Below are positions 9,918 through 20,203 of a stretch of DNA of 64,000 nucleotides, piece after piece (the stretch's first letter is position 1; each line of letters begins with the position of its first letter). The stretch covers positions 1,632,001 through 1,696,000 of the forward strand of contig OZ250150.1 of NCBI GenBank assembly GCA_965237675.1, written 5' to 3'. Both the position numbers and the translations under genes were made by a program. Below the pieces are notes generated by a model that saw only the letters and a list, made by a program, of their open reading frames with translations, was not told the DNA's origin and made no database searches. The DNA is from Candidatus Latescibacterota bacterium. GTDB taxonomy: Bacteria; Latescibacterota; UBA2968; GCA-2709665.

Positions 9918-10213
9918 CAACGTGCTCACCGCAATATATGACCGGTAAAGAACAGGCGGCAAGGGATTTTTCCATCGGGGCCCCGGCAGGATGGCTATTG
10001 CTCCCTATGACCGGTTATCCTATATTCATCATTGCCTGCCCGTACGGTTGGATGCAGAAAAATTGCGGCGAACACAACGCGCGTGGGTTCGCCGATACCG
10101 CCGGGACGCCTTGACCTGCGCGGCCCGGTGAGCGCTTTTCGGGCAGTCGTTTGCGTTGTGGCCGGTGTCTCTCAACGTGTACGGGTGAACGCCCACGATG
10201 TCCGGACACGCTT

Positions 10214-11494
10214 ATGCCTGAATCTGCCGCTTACCCGGCCGGATGCGCCCGAACACACCGCATCGCGAACCTGGCCCCCGGAGACGAGGCAATACTGGCC
10301 GGTCGGCTTGTTGCAGGCGAGGCCGCGGGTCGAGTGCGACTGATTGACGAATCCGGCGAAGTGTCCCTCGCATTCAGCCAGACTCCGGAAAATCTCCGCC
10401 CGGGAGACGTGGTGGAGTTGCAGGGAATCTGGCGGCCCCCGACATTTCAAATCAGAAGCCACCGCGTTCTGGCGCCGGCCCTGAGCCGGTCCGAAGCCGG
10501 GCCGGCACCCCGGATTCTGCGCACGCGCGCACGCGTTCTATCGTTTGTCCGACGCTTTTTCGAGGCCGCCGGCTTCCTGGAAGTCGAAACCCCGTTGCTC
10601 GTCCACAGCCCGGGCATGGAACCCCATCTGGATGCTTTCGAAACCCTCTACAACGACAATGGACGCGTTGGGCGCCTTTACCTCCCGACTTCACCCGAAT
10701 ACGCGATGAAACGCCTGCTGTCGGCCGGGTACGAACGCATCTTCCAGATCTGTAAATCCTTCCGCCAGGAAACGCCCGGCCCGATGCACAGCCCTGAATT
10801 CACACTCCTCGAATGGTACAGGGCGTATGCCGACTACACGTCCATCATGGCCGACACCGAAACCCTGATTCACGCCCTGGTGTGCGAAATCACGGGGAAA
10901 CCTACGGTCGTGTATCGGGGCCGAACCGTCGATTTCACTCCCCCGTGGCAACGCCTGACCGTGCGGGAAGCATTTGCGCGGTACGCTGGCGTGTACACCG
11001 ATCCCGCTGAGAATCCGGACGCGTTTATTCGAGAAGCCCGCCAACAGGGCCATCGGTCGGTGCGTCCCGGCGATCCGTTTGAGGTCGCTTACTTCAAGGT
11101 GTTTCTGGACGCAGTGGAAAAACACCTCGGCGCGGGGCGCCCCACCTTTCTCGTGGATTACCCGGCCGAAATGGCGGCTCTCGCCAGGTTGAAACAGAAC
11201 GCGCCCGGGATTGCGGAACGGTTCGAACTCTATGTCTCTGGCGTGGAACTCGCCAACGCTTTTACGGAACTGAACGATCCGGCCGAACAGAGAGCCCGCC
11301 TGGAAGAAGAAGCCGGGCAACGCAGAAAAAACGGTCGTCCGGCTTACCCGATCGACGAACGATTTCTGGGAGCCCTCGAAGCCGGGATGCCGCCAGCGGG
11401 TGGCATCGCCCTGGGCGTTGACCGCCTCGTGATGGTGCTTACCGATACGAAGCACATCCGCGACGTCGTCGCCATCCCGTTTGCCAGCTTGTGA
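10214..11494 (+). CDS. epmA: EF-P lysine aminoacylase (EpmA/GenX) with an N-terminal OB-fold-like extension
   Basis: FLEVETP, PGMEPHL, LYLPTSPEYAMKRLL, HSPEFTLLEWYR, AERFELY..GVELAN, GIALGVDRL. Confidence 0.9.
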   Translation: MPESAAYPAGCARTHRIANLAPGDEAILAGRLVAGEAAGRVRLIDESGEVSLAFSQTPENLRPGDVVELQGIWRPPTFQIRSHRVLAPALSRSEAGPAPRILRTRARVLSFVRRFFEAAGFLEVETPLLVHSPGMEPHLDAFETLYNDNGRVGRLYLPTSPEYAMKRLLSAGYERIFQICKSFRQETPGPMHSPEFTLLEWYRAYADYTSIMADTETLIHALVCEITGKPTVVYRGRTVDFTPPWQRLTVREAFARYAGVYTDPAENPDAFIREARQQGHRSVRPGDPFEVAYFKVFLDAVEKHLGAGRPTFLVDYPAEMAALARLKQNAPGIAERFELYVSGVELANAFTELNDPAEQRARLEEEAGQRRKNGRPAYPIDERFLGALEAGMPPAGGIALGVDRLVMVLTDTKHIRDVVAIPFASL

Positions 11495-11537
11495 CTCCAG
11501 AGAACAACCCTGAAAAACCAAAGCGAAAGGATTTATT

Positions 11538-12278
11538 ATGGGCCGTTTAGACGGAAAGGTCGCGCTTGTAACCGGCGGCGGCACAGGGATTGGCAGAGCG
11601 ACCTCCCTGCTCCTGGCGTCGGAAGGGGCCGACGTGGCCGTCAACTACTCGCGTTCGAAAACCGAAGCGGAAGCCACGGCTGCTGACGTTCGCGCCCTCG
11701 GGCGAAATTCGATCGCCATCCGCGCAGATGTGGCGGTCGAGAGCGCCGTTCTTGAAATGGTGGACCGGGTGGCAGACGAACTGGGCCGCCTGGACATCCT
11801 GGTTAACAACGCGGGCACCACCGTCTTCGTGCCGCTGGCCGACCTCGAGGCCCTTACCGACGAAGCCTGGGACCCGGTCTTCGACGTCAACGTCAAAGGC
11901 GCCTTCTACTGTGCGCGGGCCGCGATATCCAGAATGCCCGAGACGGGGGGACAGATCGTCAACGTCGCCTCCATTGCGGGCACCAGCGGGCAGGGCAGTT
12001 CCATCGCGTATTGCGCCTCGAAGGCGGCGTTGATTTCTCTCACGAAGTCCCTGGCCATCAGCCAGGCGCCCCGCATTCGGACGAACGCCGTGGCCCCCGG
12101 CGTGGTGAACACCCGCTGGGTAAAAGGCTGGGACGAATTTGTCCGCGCGAATCGCGAATCCACCCCTCTCAAACGTGTCGCGGAACCTCACGAGATCGCC
12201 AATGCGATTCTGAGTCTGATCATAAACGAATACGTCACCGGACAGGTGATGGTTGTGGACGGCGGCAAAACAATATAA
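11538..12278 (+). CDS. SDR-family oxidoreductase
   Basis: TGGGTGIG, NNAG, YCASK, NAVAPG. Confidence 0.93.
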   Translation: MGRLDGKVALVTGGGTGIGRATSLLLASEGADVAVNYSRSKTEAEATAADVRALGRNSIAIRADVAVESAVLEMVDRVADELGRLDILVNNAGTTVFVPLADLEALTDEAWDPVFDVNVKGAFYCARAAISRMPETGGQIVNVASIAGTSGQGSSIAYCASKAALISLTKSLAISQAPRIRTNAVAPGVVNTRWVKGWDEFVRANRESTPLKRVAEPHEIANAILSLIINEYVTGQVMVVDGGKTI

Positions 12279-12347
12279 CCCATATGCCCACGACCGGGTA
12301 CGGCAACGTCCACGCCAGACCCGATCCATCCCTGGCGGATCACTGAA

Positions 12348-13304
12348 ATGTCACCCCAGACAATTGCTGTCATCGGCCTGGGCACGATGGGCCATGGTAT
12401 CGCGCAGGCGTTCGCGGCTGCAGGCCACGCGGTCCGCTGCTACGACGAATCCGCCGCGGCCCGGGAATCTCTGTATCGCCGTATAGAATCAAACCTGCGG
12501 CAACGTATTCAGGCAGGGATGGACACCTCCGGTTCGGCACGGGAAACGCTTGAACGAATTGCCGTGTACGACAGGGAGGCGGAGGCGGTTGAACCGGCCC
12601 GGTTCGTCACCGAAGCCGTTCGGGAAGACCTGGACGTCAAGCGGGAACTCTTCGCCAGAATCGAGACCATCGTCTCACGGGCAACCATTCTGGCCAGCAA
12701 CACGTCTTCTTTTCCCATCACCGAAATTGCGCGGGACCTTCGAAATCCGGGGCGGGCCGTGGTTACCCACTGGTTCAACCCCCCACATATCGTACCACTC
12801 GTGGAGGTCGTACCTGGAAAACGCACGACCGGGCGAACCGTGGAAAACACCGTCGATCTCTTGAAGCGGATCGGTAAATTGCCAGTGCGCCTCAAGCAGG
12901 AGATTCCCGGTTTCCTGGTCAACCGAATCCAGGTGGCCATGTGTCGCGAAGTCTGGGATCTGCTGGATCGGGGCGTTGCCGATCCCGAAGACATCGACCG
13001 GGCGGTTAGAGCCAGCATCGGCTTTCGCCTGGCCGCAACCGGCCCCCTCTCGGTTCGAGACTTCGCGGGCCTTGACGTCTCGTCCCTCGTTTACGAAATC
13101 CTCGTTTCTGAAATCCGTTCCGACGTCGAACTCCCGCAGAACGTACGAAAACTGGTTGACGAGGGACACTACGGCGTAAAGACGGGTCGCGGATTCTACG
13201 AGTACACGTCCGAATCCATCGATCGGGAACGAAACCGGCGGGACCGGCTCTTCCTTGCCCTTCTCAAACTACTCTATGAAGATGAAAATGCCGGAGGACG
13301 ATGA
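12348..13304 (+). CDS. 3-hydroxyacyl-CoA dehydrogenase family protein
   Basis: GLGTMGHG, EAVRE..K, LASNTSS, HWFNP, GFLVNR, GVKTGRGFY. Confidence 0.92.
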   Translation: MSPQTIAVIGLGTMGHGIAQAFAAAGHAVRCYDESAAARESLYRRIESNLRQRIQAGMDTSGSARETLERIAVYDREAEAVEPARFVTEAVREDLDVKRELFARIETIVSRATILASNTSSFPITEIARDLRNPGRAVVTHWFNPPHIVPLVEVVPGKRTTGRTVENTVDLLKRIGKLPVRLKQEIPGFLVNRIQVAMCREVWDLLDRGVADPEDIDRAVRASIGFRLAATGPLSVRDFAGLDVSSLVYEILVSEIRSDVELPQNVRKLVDEGHYGVKTGRGFYEYTSESIDRERNRRDRLFLALLKLLYEDENAGGR

Positions 13305-13399
13305 AGGCGCCCCGGTTGATTCACGCAGTCCGTTTGAGAAAAGGCGGGACGACGCGATGTGCGTTTCCCGCCAAACATGGGTAGGCGTACGCCCGGTTG

Positions 13400-13434
13400 G
13401 CCTGCCTGCGCCAAGCAACGCGCGGCAGGCAGGC
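13400..13434. repeat. CCTGCCTG..CAGGCAGG hairpin element (same family as the second MITE insert)
   Basis: GCCTGCCTGCGCCAAGCAACGCGCGGCAGGCAGGC between convergent genes. Confidence 0.6.
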
Positions 13435-13454
13435 GCCTGAACGCTCGCCGTCTT

Positions 13455-14534
13455 TCAATCCACGTTCGGGCCAATCCGAATCGAGTGCGCTTTCACCAGG
13501 CACATTACCGGGTCGCCAACCCTCAGGCCCAACTCCTCCAACGCCTCCAGGGTGACCTCCACGGCGAGCCGTTTTCCCACGTCCACGTAGACCAGCTGTT
13601 TACCATCCACGTCCGTCATGTCAAGGATCCGGCCCCGCATCGCGTTGCGAATGCTCAACCCCTTTGGCTGATTCCTGCTCAGAATGATGTCATTTGCGCG
13701 TATGCCGATGAAAATACGGCTTCCCACCGGCCTGTCGCAGGGAGGCACCCGAAGATCCCGATCTCCAAAACGCACACGGCAGCCCTTCCGGACCCCATCG
13801 TGCGCGACCACCTCCACCGGCAGCACATTTTCGAATCCGTGCGCCTCGACCAGCGGCAGCACCTCCGGGTGTTGAGCGACGTGAAAAAAATCGCCGTGCG
13901 CCAGAACGCGTCCGGCTTTCAAGACAATCACCTGCCCCGTCAATTCCAGAATCTCCGCGACCGAGTGGCTCACGTAGAGTATGGGAATGCCGAGGTCCGA
14001 TCTGATGTGCCGCAGGTACGGAATAATGCGGTCTTTCAATTCCTGATCCAGCGAAGCCAGCGGTTCATCCATCAGGAGCAACTCCGGCGAGGCCAGAATC
14101 GCCCGCCCCAGCGCCACCCGTTGCCGCTCGCCGCCCGACAGCCGCATGGGTCGCATGTCCAGCAATGCCGTCAATCCCAGAAGGTCCACAATCGGTCCGA
14201 CCTCGAACCGGCGCGAGTCCGGAGACAGCAGATCGTACCCGTATCGCAGATTCTGCATCACCGTCAGGTGCGGAAACAGCAGGTCCTCCTGAAATACGTA
14301 CCCCACGCGGCGTTGTTCGGGTGGCAGATTGAGGTTCATATCGGAAGAAAAGAGCACGCGATCGCCCAGTTGGATTTCGCCGGCGTCCGGCCGCAGGAGT
14401 CCGGCCACGAGGTTCAACAGCGTGGTTTTCCCCGCTCCGGAAGGTCCGAAAATCGCCGTTACCGGGTACGGACAGTCCACGGCCACGTTCAATGTAAATG
14501 CCGACAGCGTCCGGCTCGCCCGGATGGATAGCAC
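13455..14534 (-). CDS. modC: Molybdate ABC transporter ATP-binding protein
   Basis: GPSGAGKTT, LSGGERQR, MDEPLASLD, C-terminal TOBE (GLSIRN...KAHSI). Confidence 0.93.
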   Translation of the reverse strand: MLSIRASRTLSAFTLNVAVDCPYPVTAIFGPSGAGKTTLLNLVAGLLRPDAGEIQLGDRVLFSSDMNLNLPPEQRRVGYVFQEDLLFPHLTVMQNLRYGYDLLSPDSRRFEVGPIVDLLGLTALLDMRPMRLSGGERQRVALGRAILASPELLLMDEPLASLDQELKDRIIPYLRHIRSDLGIPILYVSHSVAEILELTGQVIVLKAGRVLAHGDFFHVAQHPEVLPLVEAHGFENVLPVEVVAHDGVRKGCRVRFGDRDLRVPPCDRPVGSRIFIGIRANDIILSRNQPKGLSIRNAMRGRILDMTDVDGKQLVYVDVGKRLAVEVTLEALEELGLRVGDPVMCLVKAHSIRIGPNVD

Positions 14535-14535
14535 G

Positions 14536-15228
14536 TCAGTTCCTCCTCAATCGTCGGGCTACCGCCTCGCTGGCCACCAGGGCCGCAAAAGACAATATCA
14601 CGGAAAGAACCGCCAGCCGGACGACGGCCGCGTCACCCCCCGGCCGGTTGATATACGTGAAAATGGCCAGGGGTAGTGTCCGGGTCTCACCGGCGATATT
14701 CGACACAAAAGTGATCGTGGCGCCGAATTCTCCCAGGCTTCTTGCGAATGCCAGCAACGCGCCAGCCAGCAGCCCGGGCGCGGCCAGTCGCATCGTTACC
14801 GTCAGGAAGACCCTGAGGCGGCCGGCGCCCAGGGTGCGCGCAGCGTGTTCGAGGCGTGGATCCACCGCTTCAATGGCCAGCCGGATGGCGCGGAGCGCAA
14901 GAGGAAATCCCACTACGGCCGATGCAATCGCCGCCCCTTTCCACGTAAAGGCCACCTGGATTCCCAGCGACTCCTCCAGAAAACCGCCCAGAATGCCCCT
15001 GCGGCTGAAGAGCAAGAGGAGTACGTATCCGGTCACCACGGGCGGCAGCACCAGGGGCAGATGGCACAAACCGTCCAGCAGCATTTTGCCCTTGAATTCG
15101 CCACGGGCCAGCGCCCATCCCAAAATGACCGCCGGAGGAAGGCTCAACAACACGCAGACCAGCCCCACGCGCAGCGAGAGGGCCAGAACCATCCACTCTT
15201 CGGAAGTCAACAAGACATCCAACTCCAT
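14536..15228 (-). CDS. modB: Molybdate ABC transporter permease
   Basis: LPLVLPPVVTGY, AFARSLGEFGAT, TRTLPLAI. Confidence 0.95.
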   Translation of the reverse strand: MELDVLLTSEEWMVLALSLRVGLVCVLLSLPPAVILGWALARGEFKGKMLLDGLCHLPLVLPPVVTGYVLLLLFSRRGILGGFLEESLGIQVAFTWKGAAIASAVVGFPLALRAIRLAIEAVDPRLEHAARTLGAGRLRVFLTVTMRLAAPGLLAGALLAFARSLGEFGATITFVSNIAGETRTLPLAIFTYINRPGGDAAVVRLAVLSVILSFAALVASEAVARRLRRN

Positions 15229-15893
15229 CAGAAGCCGACTCCCCGGGGGAATCTGTCGATAGTCTTTTCAACAGTCAGTGACGGACGTGTAAGTAAAAGC
15301 AGGCCCTGTCGGGAAAAGAACCGAAATGCTGCGGTCCAACGGTCGCACCGCGATGCAGCACCCGCTTCCTGCTCGTCCCGGCGTGTGGACCTGATTATAT
15401 AACATGGATCGAACTACCGATCAAGCCGGTTCTATTCACTGTACTTCCTCTGAAAGAGCCGCGCCCCGGCGGTTGAAGCGCAATTTTCAAAATGGGTCTG
15501 GACTCGCAAGAAAAAGGATGCAAACCGATCGCTGAGTAACGGCTTGAAGAAATCCAGACGCCGGGGGAGGGTGGCCGTTCAGGATAGTCTTGAAATCAAG
15601 TTCCTCAAGACTTCCATACCTGTATCTCATTTCATCGAGACTGACTTCGCCATTCTCAAAGGACCACGTCATCACCAGGTTCAACGCCCCTGATCACGAT
15701 TCCCACCCTTGATTCTTTGCGCAGTGACGGGATTATCGCCATCGCCGCATAGTGGTTTCGGGTTGAGTGGGTTTGTGACGTGTCCGCGGATGCACTGTTA
15801 TCGGCTGTCGCTAAGGATCAGGTCGCCACTTACAACGCTCAAGATCGGGGCCACAATCCGGCGTGCAACACAGGCCTGGTTGTGTTTCTTTTT

Positions 15894-16931
15894 TCAGAGG
15901 TCCTCCATCCATTCAAGGACGAACCGTTCGCCGTTGAGATATTTCTTACAGGCACGTTCTATAAAACAGGACAGCGTCGGGAAATCCGCCTTTGGATTCT
16001 CCGTCCGCCAGGATAGCAGGCGAATGCAGGATTCGACAAAGAAACTTTCGATTGTCTGTAGATAATTGTCGGGCAACGTGTGCTGTTGCCTGTAACCGTC
16101 GAGAAAAGCCTGACAAAGCGTGGGACTCATGGGGTTCACGGCGAAGCACCATCCCACATCGGCCAGGAAATACCCGAAGCAACACCAGTCAAAATCAATG
16201 GGACGGATCTCGTCCCGATGTACAATGCAGTTGCCGCACGAGAAATCCCCATGAAGTAATCCCCAGTCTTGTGGAGATTTGTCCATTCCTGCGACATCGG
16301 CAATGAGACGGGAAGCAGCCTGTTCCATAACTGCGAAATCACCGGCGCCAATGCGGCCTTGGTCTGCGGCCAGACGTAAGTGGTTCAGGTTCCGGGACAG
16401 GTCTTCGGTTTCGCTCCCGGGACGAAAGAAGCCTTCGGGAAGGGTCCATTGACTGCTGTGCCTGTGGAGTTTGCCGAGGACAGTTCCCACATTGTGTAGC
16501 ATTCCTGAAGGCAGGTCAACGAACGCCTCGTCACTGTAGTTGTCCCAGACCATCTCGCCTTCGACCCAACGCAGAAGCGTGATGAGAAAGGAATTTTCGA
16601 CATCGGACTGGACGTCGGTGATGAAGTCGCCTGACCCGCTGCGGATGGGTTTCTGAATGACCAGATCGGTGTCGCGGTTCAAGGCTTCGATCCAGAGAAG
16701 GTGGGAATTGATGGCCGTTCGATAGCTATGGATGTCCCGGTCACCGTGGGTATAATACACGGTGATAAGGAAACTGCCATTTGCCCCGGCTGCACGGAAC
16801 TTGACCATGTGGTAGCCGGAAAAGCCTATATGGCCCACTTCTTTGCTCTCGTCGATGTCGACTTCCCCTATATCGTAGTTTTCCAGGGCCAGTCTGGCGG
16901 CGTGAATAAAGTGGAGAAGATGTTCTTTCAT
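15894..16931 (-). CDS. APH/homoserine kinase type II family phosphotransferase
   Basis: LGKLH, LLHGDFSCGN, PIDFDWCCFGY..D. Confidence 0.85.
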   Translation of the reverse strand: MKEHLLHFIHAARLALENYDIGEVDIDESKEVGHIGFSGYHMVKFRAAGANGSFLITVYYTHGDRDIHSYRTAINSHLLWIEALNRDTDLVIQKPIRSGSGDFITDVQSDVENSFLITLLRWVEGEMVWDNYSDEAFVDLPSGMLHNVGTVLGKLHRHSSQWTLPEGFFRPGSETEDLSRNLNHLRLAADQGRIGAGDFAVMEQAASRLIADVAGMDKSPQDWGLLHGDFSCGNCIVHRDEIRPIDFDWCCFGYFLADVGWCFAVNPMSPTLCQAFLDGYRQQHTLPDNYLQTIESFFVESCIRLLSWRTENPKADFPTLSCFIERACKKYLNGERFVLEWMEDL

Positions 16932-17034
16932 AGGCTTTCAACCCGGGTTTCGACGAATTGAATCTTGAAGTCGGGATTGGTCGTTCTGGTGGCAAGTATG
17001 CTCCCGGAGTATTTTGTGCCGTGCCGAGCGAGTT

Positions 17035-17733
17035 TCAATCCGAGCACGAGTCGAGGCCCTGTTTCTTGCGTGCTACCAATAGTGTATTCGGCGGCTCCCG
17101 CCACGCGAATTCAGCGTTAAATCCGGCTTCCCGCAGGGCGGCGAGCTCATCGTCGAGCGGGAAGTAAGTGTCTTCGGAGGCCCACTCGTCGAAGTGTTCA
17201 TAGGCGCGCTGTTCGTCGATGCCGCACGAAACCAGGTGGGCCGCCCAGATGCGGTAACACCGCTCCCGTTCCACCGGGTGTGCGCTTATGATCACGTCGG
17301 CGTTCACGAACAGCCCGCCGGGGCGGAGCGCCCGGAAAACCTGCTCGTACAGGGCATGCTTGCGTTCCATCGCAGGAATATGGTGCAGGGCCAGTGAAGC
17401 GGCCACGGCGTCACACGCGGGGAGCGGAGCCTCGAATGAACACTTGCGGAAACGCGCTCGGGATCCGAATCGCTTCAGCCGGGTGCGGGCCCGGTCCAGC
17501 ATCTCCCCATCGACGTCGATGGCTTCGACGGCGCCCACGCTTGCGTGTTCGAGCACCACCTCGGCCAGAGCCCCCGTTCCCGTGCCCAGGTCCAGCACCA
17601 GGGCGGGGCGTATGCCGGCGATTTCACGGGCGATCCGGTTCAATCCTTCCTCGTAGCCCGGGATGAACCGCCGGATGGTCTCGTCGTAGGCATCGATCTT
17701 AAGACGAAGATGGCTGCGGACGGAGTGATTCAT
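17035..17733 (-). CDS. Class I SAM-dependent methyltransferase
   Basis: VLDLGTGTG, SLALHH, ALRPGGLFVNAD. Confidence 0.9.
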   Translation of the reverse strand: MNHSVRSHLRLKIDAYDETIRRFIPGYEEGLNRIAREIAGIRPALVLDLGTGTGALAEVVLEHASVGAVEAIDVDGEMLDRARTRLKRFGSRARFRKCSFEAPLPACDAVAASLALHHIPAMERKHALYEQVFRALRPGGLFVNADVIISAHPVERERCYRIWAAHLVSCGIDEQRAYEHFDEWASEDTYFPLDDELAALREAGFNAEFAWREPPNTLLVARKKQGLDSCSD

Positions 17734-17737
17734 TCAC

Positions 17738-17791
17738 TTTCCCTGATCCGGGCTCGCCCGTGACGACAATACAACTGTGTGTGCTGCTCAT
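17738..17791 (-). pseudogene. N-terminal stub of a P-loop kinase/AAA protein
   Basis: MSSTHSCIVVTGEPGSGK stops after Walker A and abuts the methyltransferase start out of frame. Confidence 0.45.
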
Positions 17792-17836
17792 GACTCTGTT
17801 TTCTTTCGTTTTCCCGACGACGGCGATCCAGAGGAG

Positions 17837-18115
17837 ATGACGGAACGAACTCGGAAGGTTCGTATGCTGATTGAGGCTGGCGCCGACGTGAATGCAACGG
17901 CCTGTGTAAACGTGCGCTCCGATTGGGGGCACGGTTACGCTGTGCAGGGCGAGACACCCCTTCACATTGCGGCCAGGTGTGGCGGGAAAGAGATGATTGG
18001 ACTCTTACTCGACGCGGGCGCCGACAAGGCGATGAAAACGGCGCTGGGTGAGACGCCGTTGGATTTCGCGAAGAAGGAAAGGCGTTCTGAGGATATTCTC
18101 GAGGTTTTGAAGTAA
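17837..18115 (+). CDS. Short (probably 5'-truncated) ankyrin-repeat protein
   Basis: LIEAGADVNA, GETPLHIAA, LLLDAGAD, GETPLDFA. Confidence 0.75.
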   Translation: MTERTRKVRMLIEAGADVNATACVNVRSDWGHGYAVQGETPLHIAARCGGKEMIGLLLDAGADKAMKTALGETPLDFAKKERRSEDILEVLK

Positions 18116-18169
18116 TGGGTCAGGTGAATAATCAATAGGCGACTCCAAAATGGGAGTCGCCCGGCGAAA

Positions 18170-18448
18170 TCAGGTCAACTGGATGCGGAGCTGCTTGCCC
18201 AGAGCCCGTGCAGCGCGGTCCATTGTCCGTAGCGTTACGGAGGGATTGGACGAGTCAAGCAAACGGTCCAGCGCTGACCGACTGGTTTGCATGCGCCTGG
18301 CCATCGCCGACCTGGACAGCTTGTTTTCCTCCATGAACTGACTCAACTGAAAGGCAATTACGCGTTTCACTGCCGTAGCCTCTGCTTCACTGAGAAGGCC
18401 CTCTTCTGTGAGGAACTCGTCAAAACTGCTGCCGATATGTTTTCTCAT
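18170..18448 (-). CDS. XRE/HigA-type antitoxin (orphan)
   Basis: MRKHIGSSFDEFLTEEG...AVKRVIA...MARRMQTSRSALDRLLD...SVTLRT. Confidence 0.88.
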   Translation of the reverse strand: MRKHIGSSFDEFLTEEGLLSEAEATAVKRVIAFQLSQFMEENKLSRSAMARRMQTSRSALDRLLDSSNPSVTLRTMDRAARALGKQLRIQLT

Positions 18449-18515
18449 CGTGTCCCCCGAAGGCGCGGGCAGACTAATGTTATGGCCCGGTGTTGAGCGG
18501 CTGGTTTGATCGTCT

Positions 18516-19349
18516 TCAAATCGCAATGTTCGACGCGTGCGACTTCTCGACGACAAAGTGAACGTGATCTGTTGTATCCCTGAACTGAGGCAAGTCCGAC
18601 GTTTCCGCGGCGAATTCCAGGACGTTCTCGTACGCCTCCGGGTCATTCTCCCTGAGCGCCTCAAGGAGTGGCGCCATGCCCCCGACAAAGCCTTCCGCGC
18701 CCGCGTGGCTGACGATTCTCAGCCCTGCATCCTGGATTTCTTTGCCGGCGATCTCAGGATTCGACCAGTGACATTCGGTGAAACCGGAAAGTTCATGGTC
18801 TTCAAAGGCCTTTTCGCCGAGCATGCTCCGTAGAAAGGCGGGATTGAGGAAGCGCTTCGGGAAATCAACCACCCCGGACCTGATCAAGCCCCACGAATTG
18901 AGGAAGGCTACAATGGCACTTCCGCCCGGCTTCAGAATGCGGACCAGTTCACTCATAGCCTGAGATCGATCATCCCTCCTGACCAGGTGGTATAGAGGAC
19001 CGAGAAGGAGGGCGGCATCGAACGATTCGTCCTCAAAGACGCCAAGATCGCGTGCATCCCCCTGGATAAACTGCGTCGCTCTGATTCCTTCCGATGCAAA
19101 GGCACGTTGTGCCAGCTCCAGCAGTTTCCCGGAAAGGTCGAATAAAGTGACCCGGTACCCGCGTTTGGCGAGCTCAATAGAATAACGGCCTGGTCCGCTC
19201 CCGACGTCACACACGGTGCCGTTTGCGGGAAAGTATTTCTCAATAAGGCGCAGGGTGGAAGCGAACTCGATTCGTGGAAGCCCCGCTTCCAACCGTTGCC
19301 ACTCCCTATCGGGCGCTGCGTCGTAGAAGCTTCTGACGTATTTGCTCAT
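18516..19349 (-). CDS. Class I SAM-dependent methyltransferase
   Basis: EWQRL, DVGSGPGRYS, LLLGPLYHL, RILKPGG. Confidence 0.9.
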   Translation of the reverse strand: MSKYVRSFYDAAPDREWQRLEAGLPRIEFASTLRLIEKYFPANGTVCDVGSGPGRYSIELAKRGYRVTLFDLSGKLLELAQRAFASEGIRATQFIQGDARDLGVFEDESFDAALLLGPLYHLVRRDDRSQAMSELVRILKPGGSAIVAFLNSWGLIRSGVVDFPKRFLNPAFLRSMLGEKAFEDHELSGFTECHWSNPEIAGKEIQDAGLRIVSHAGAEGFVGGMAPLLEALRENDPEAYENVLEFAAETSDLPQFRDTTDHVHFVVEKSHASNIAI

Positions 19350-19452
19350 TCAATCTCAATTTCAGTAAACGTCACCACTGCGCCCGAACCCTGAATGCGA
19401 ATTGGCGAAGGGGCGGCTCCCCGAAGCCGGTGGCACAATGTCAGAGGATATC

Positions 19453-20181
19453 TCATCCGGGGCGGGAAGGTGCATTCCGTCCCCCGAAGAATGTTTTATA
19501 GATGAAATGCCGGTCGGGAACATCGCGACTTTCGAACTCCTGAAACAGGGCGCTATCATCGTAAGGTACGTGACGCATTCCCAATTCGTAGCTCCCGCTC
19601 TCGCACGCCAGGATGGCAAACCGCGCAATGGGTTCAGAATGGCAGCCCAGAGAACCGGGATTTACGTATCTGGCCGTCCCCACTAAATCTGAAGGTGAAT
19701 GATCGTGGCCATAACATACGAGATCGGATTTTATATCCGCGAAGACTTTGTCCAGGTCCACAGGACGAGGGTTCTGGATGACGGACTTGAAGTCAACCTG
19801 CGACTCTGTAAGGCCGTAGTGAAGAAACGATATTCGAACGCCTTCATACGCATCTTGAATCAGGTACGGCCATTGTCTCACTGTATAACGCAGTGATGGA
19901 TCAAGGCAGGAATGTACCCACTCCTGATGTTTCAACTCGCCGTCGCTCATCCTCGATGGTTTTGGAAGCCCGCTCGAAAACCACAAATCATGATTACCGC
20001 AAATCAGATTCATACCAGGCGTGCTCAGCAGCAGTTCCAGGCATTCTGCCGGGAATGGACCAATACCGATGGCATCGCCTGTATGAAAAATCGCATCGAC
20101 ACCCTCTCGCCGAATTGCACTCAGGGCAACCTGAAGTGCCGGCAAATTGCCGTGGACATCTGTCAGTACCGCGATCTTCAT
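19453..20181 (-). CDS. Calcineurin-like metallophosphoesterase
   Basis: DVHGN, HTGD, GNHD, GHDH, NPGSLG. Confidence 0.9.
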   Translation of the reverse strand: MKIAVLTDVHGNLPALQVALSAIRREGVDAIFHTGDAIGIGPFPAECLELLLSTPGMNLICGNHDLWFSSGLPKPSRMSDGELKHQEWVHSCLDPSLRYTVRQWPYLIQDAYEGVRISFLHYGLTESQVDFKSVIQNPRPVDLDKVFADIKSDLVCYGHDHSPSDLVGTARYVNPGSLGCHSEPIARFAILACESGSYELGMRHVPYDDSALFQEFESRDVPDRHFIYKTFFGGRNAPSRPG

Positions 20182-20203
20182 GTTCCTTCCAGGGCCATTT
20201 ATC

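Noticed and set aside
15390-15412. ModE box upstream of modB
   Set aside because: Only a half-site (GTTATATA on the minus strand), no full palindrome.
15487-15745. Short minus-strand ORF fragments
   Set aside because: No recognisable family; possibly a decayed gene but unsupported.
15894-16931. APH-like, AAC(3)-like and VanZ genes as clinical resistance determinants
   Set aside because: Only superfamily-level motifs are visible; these families are widespread with other substrates.
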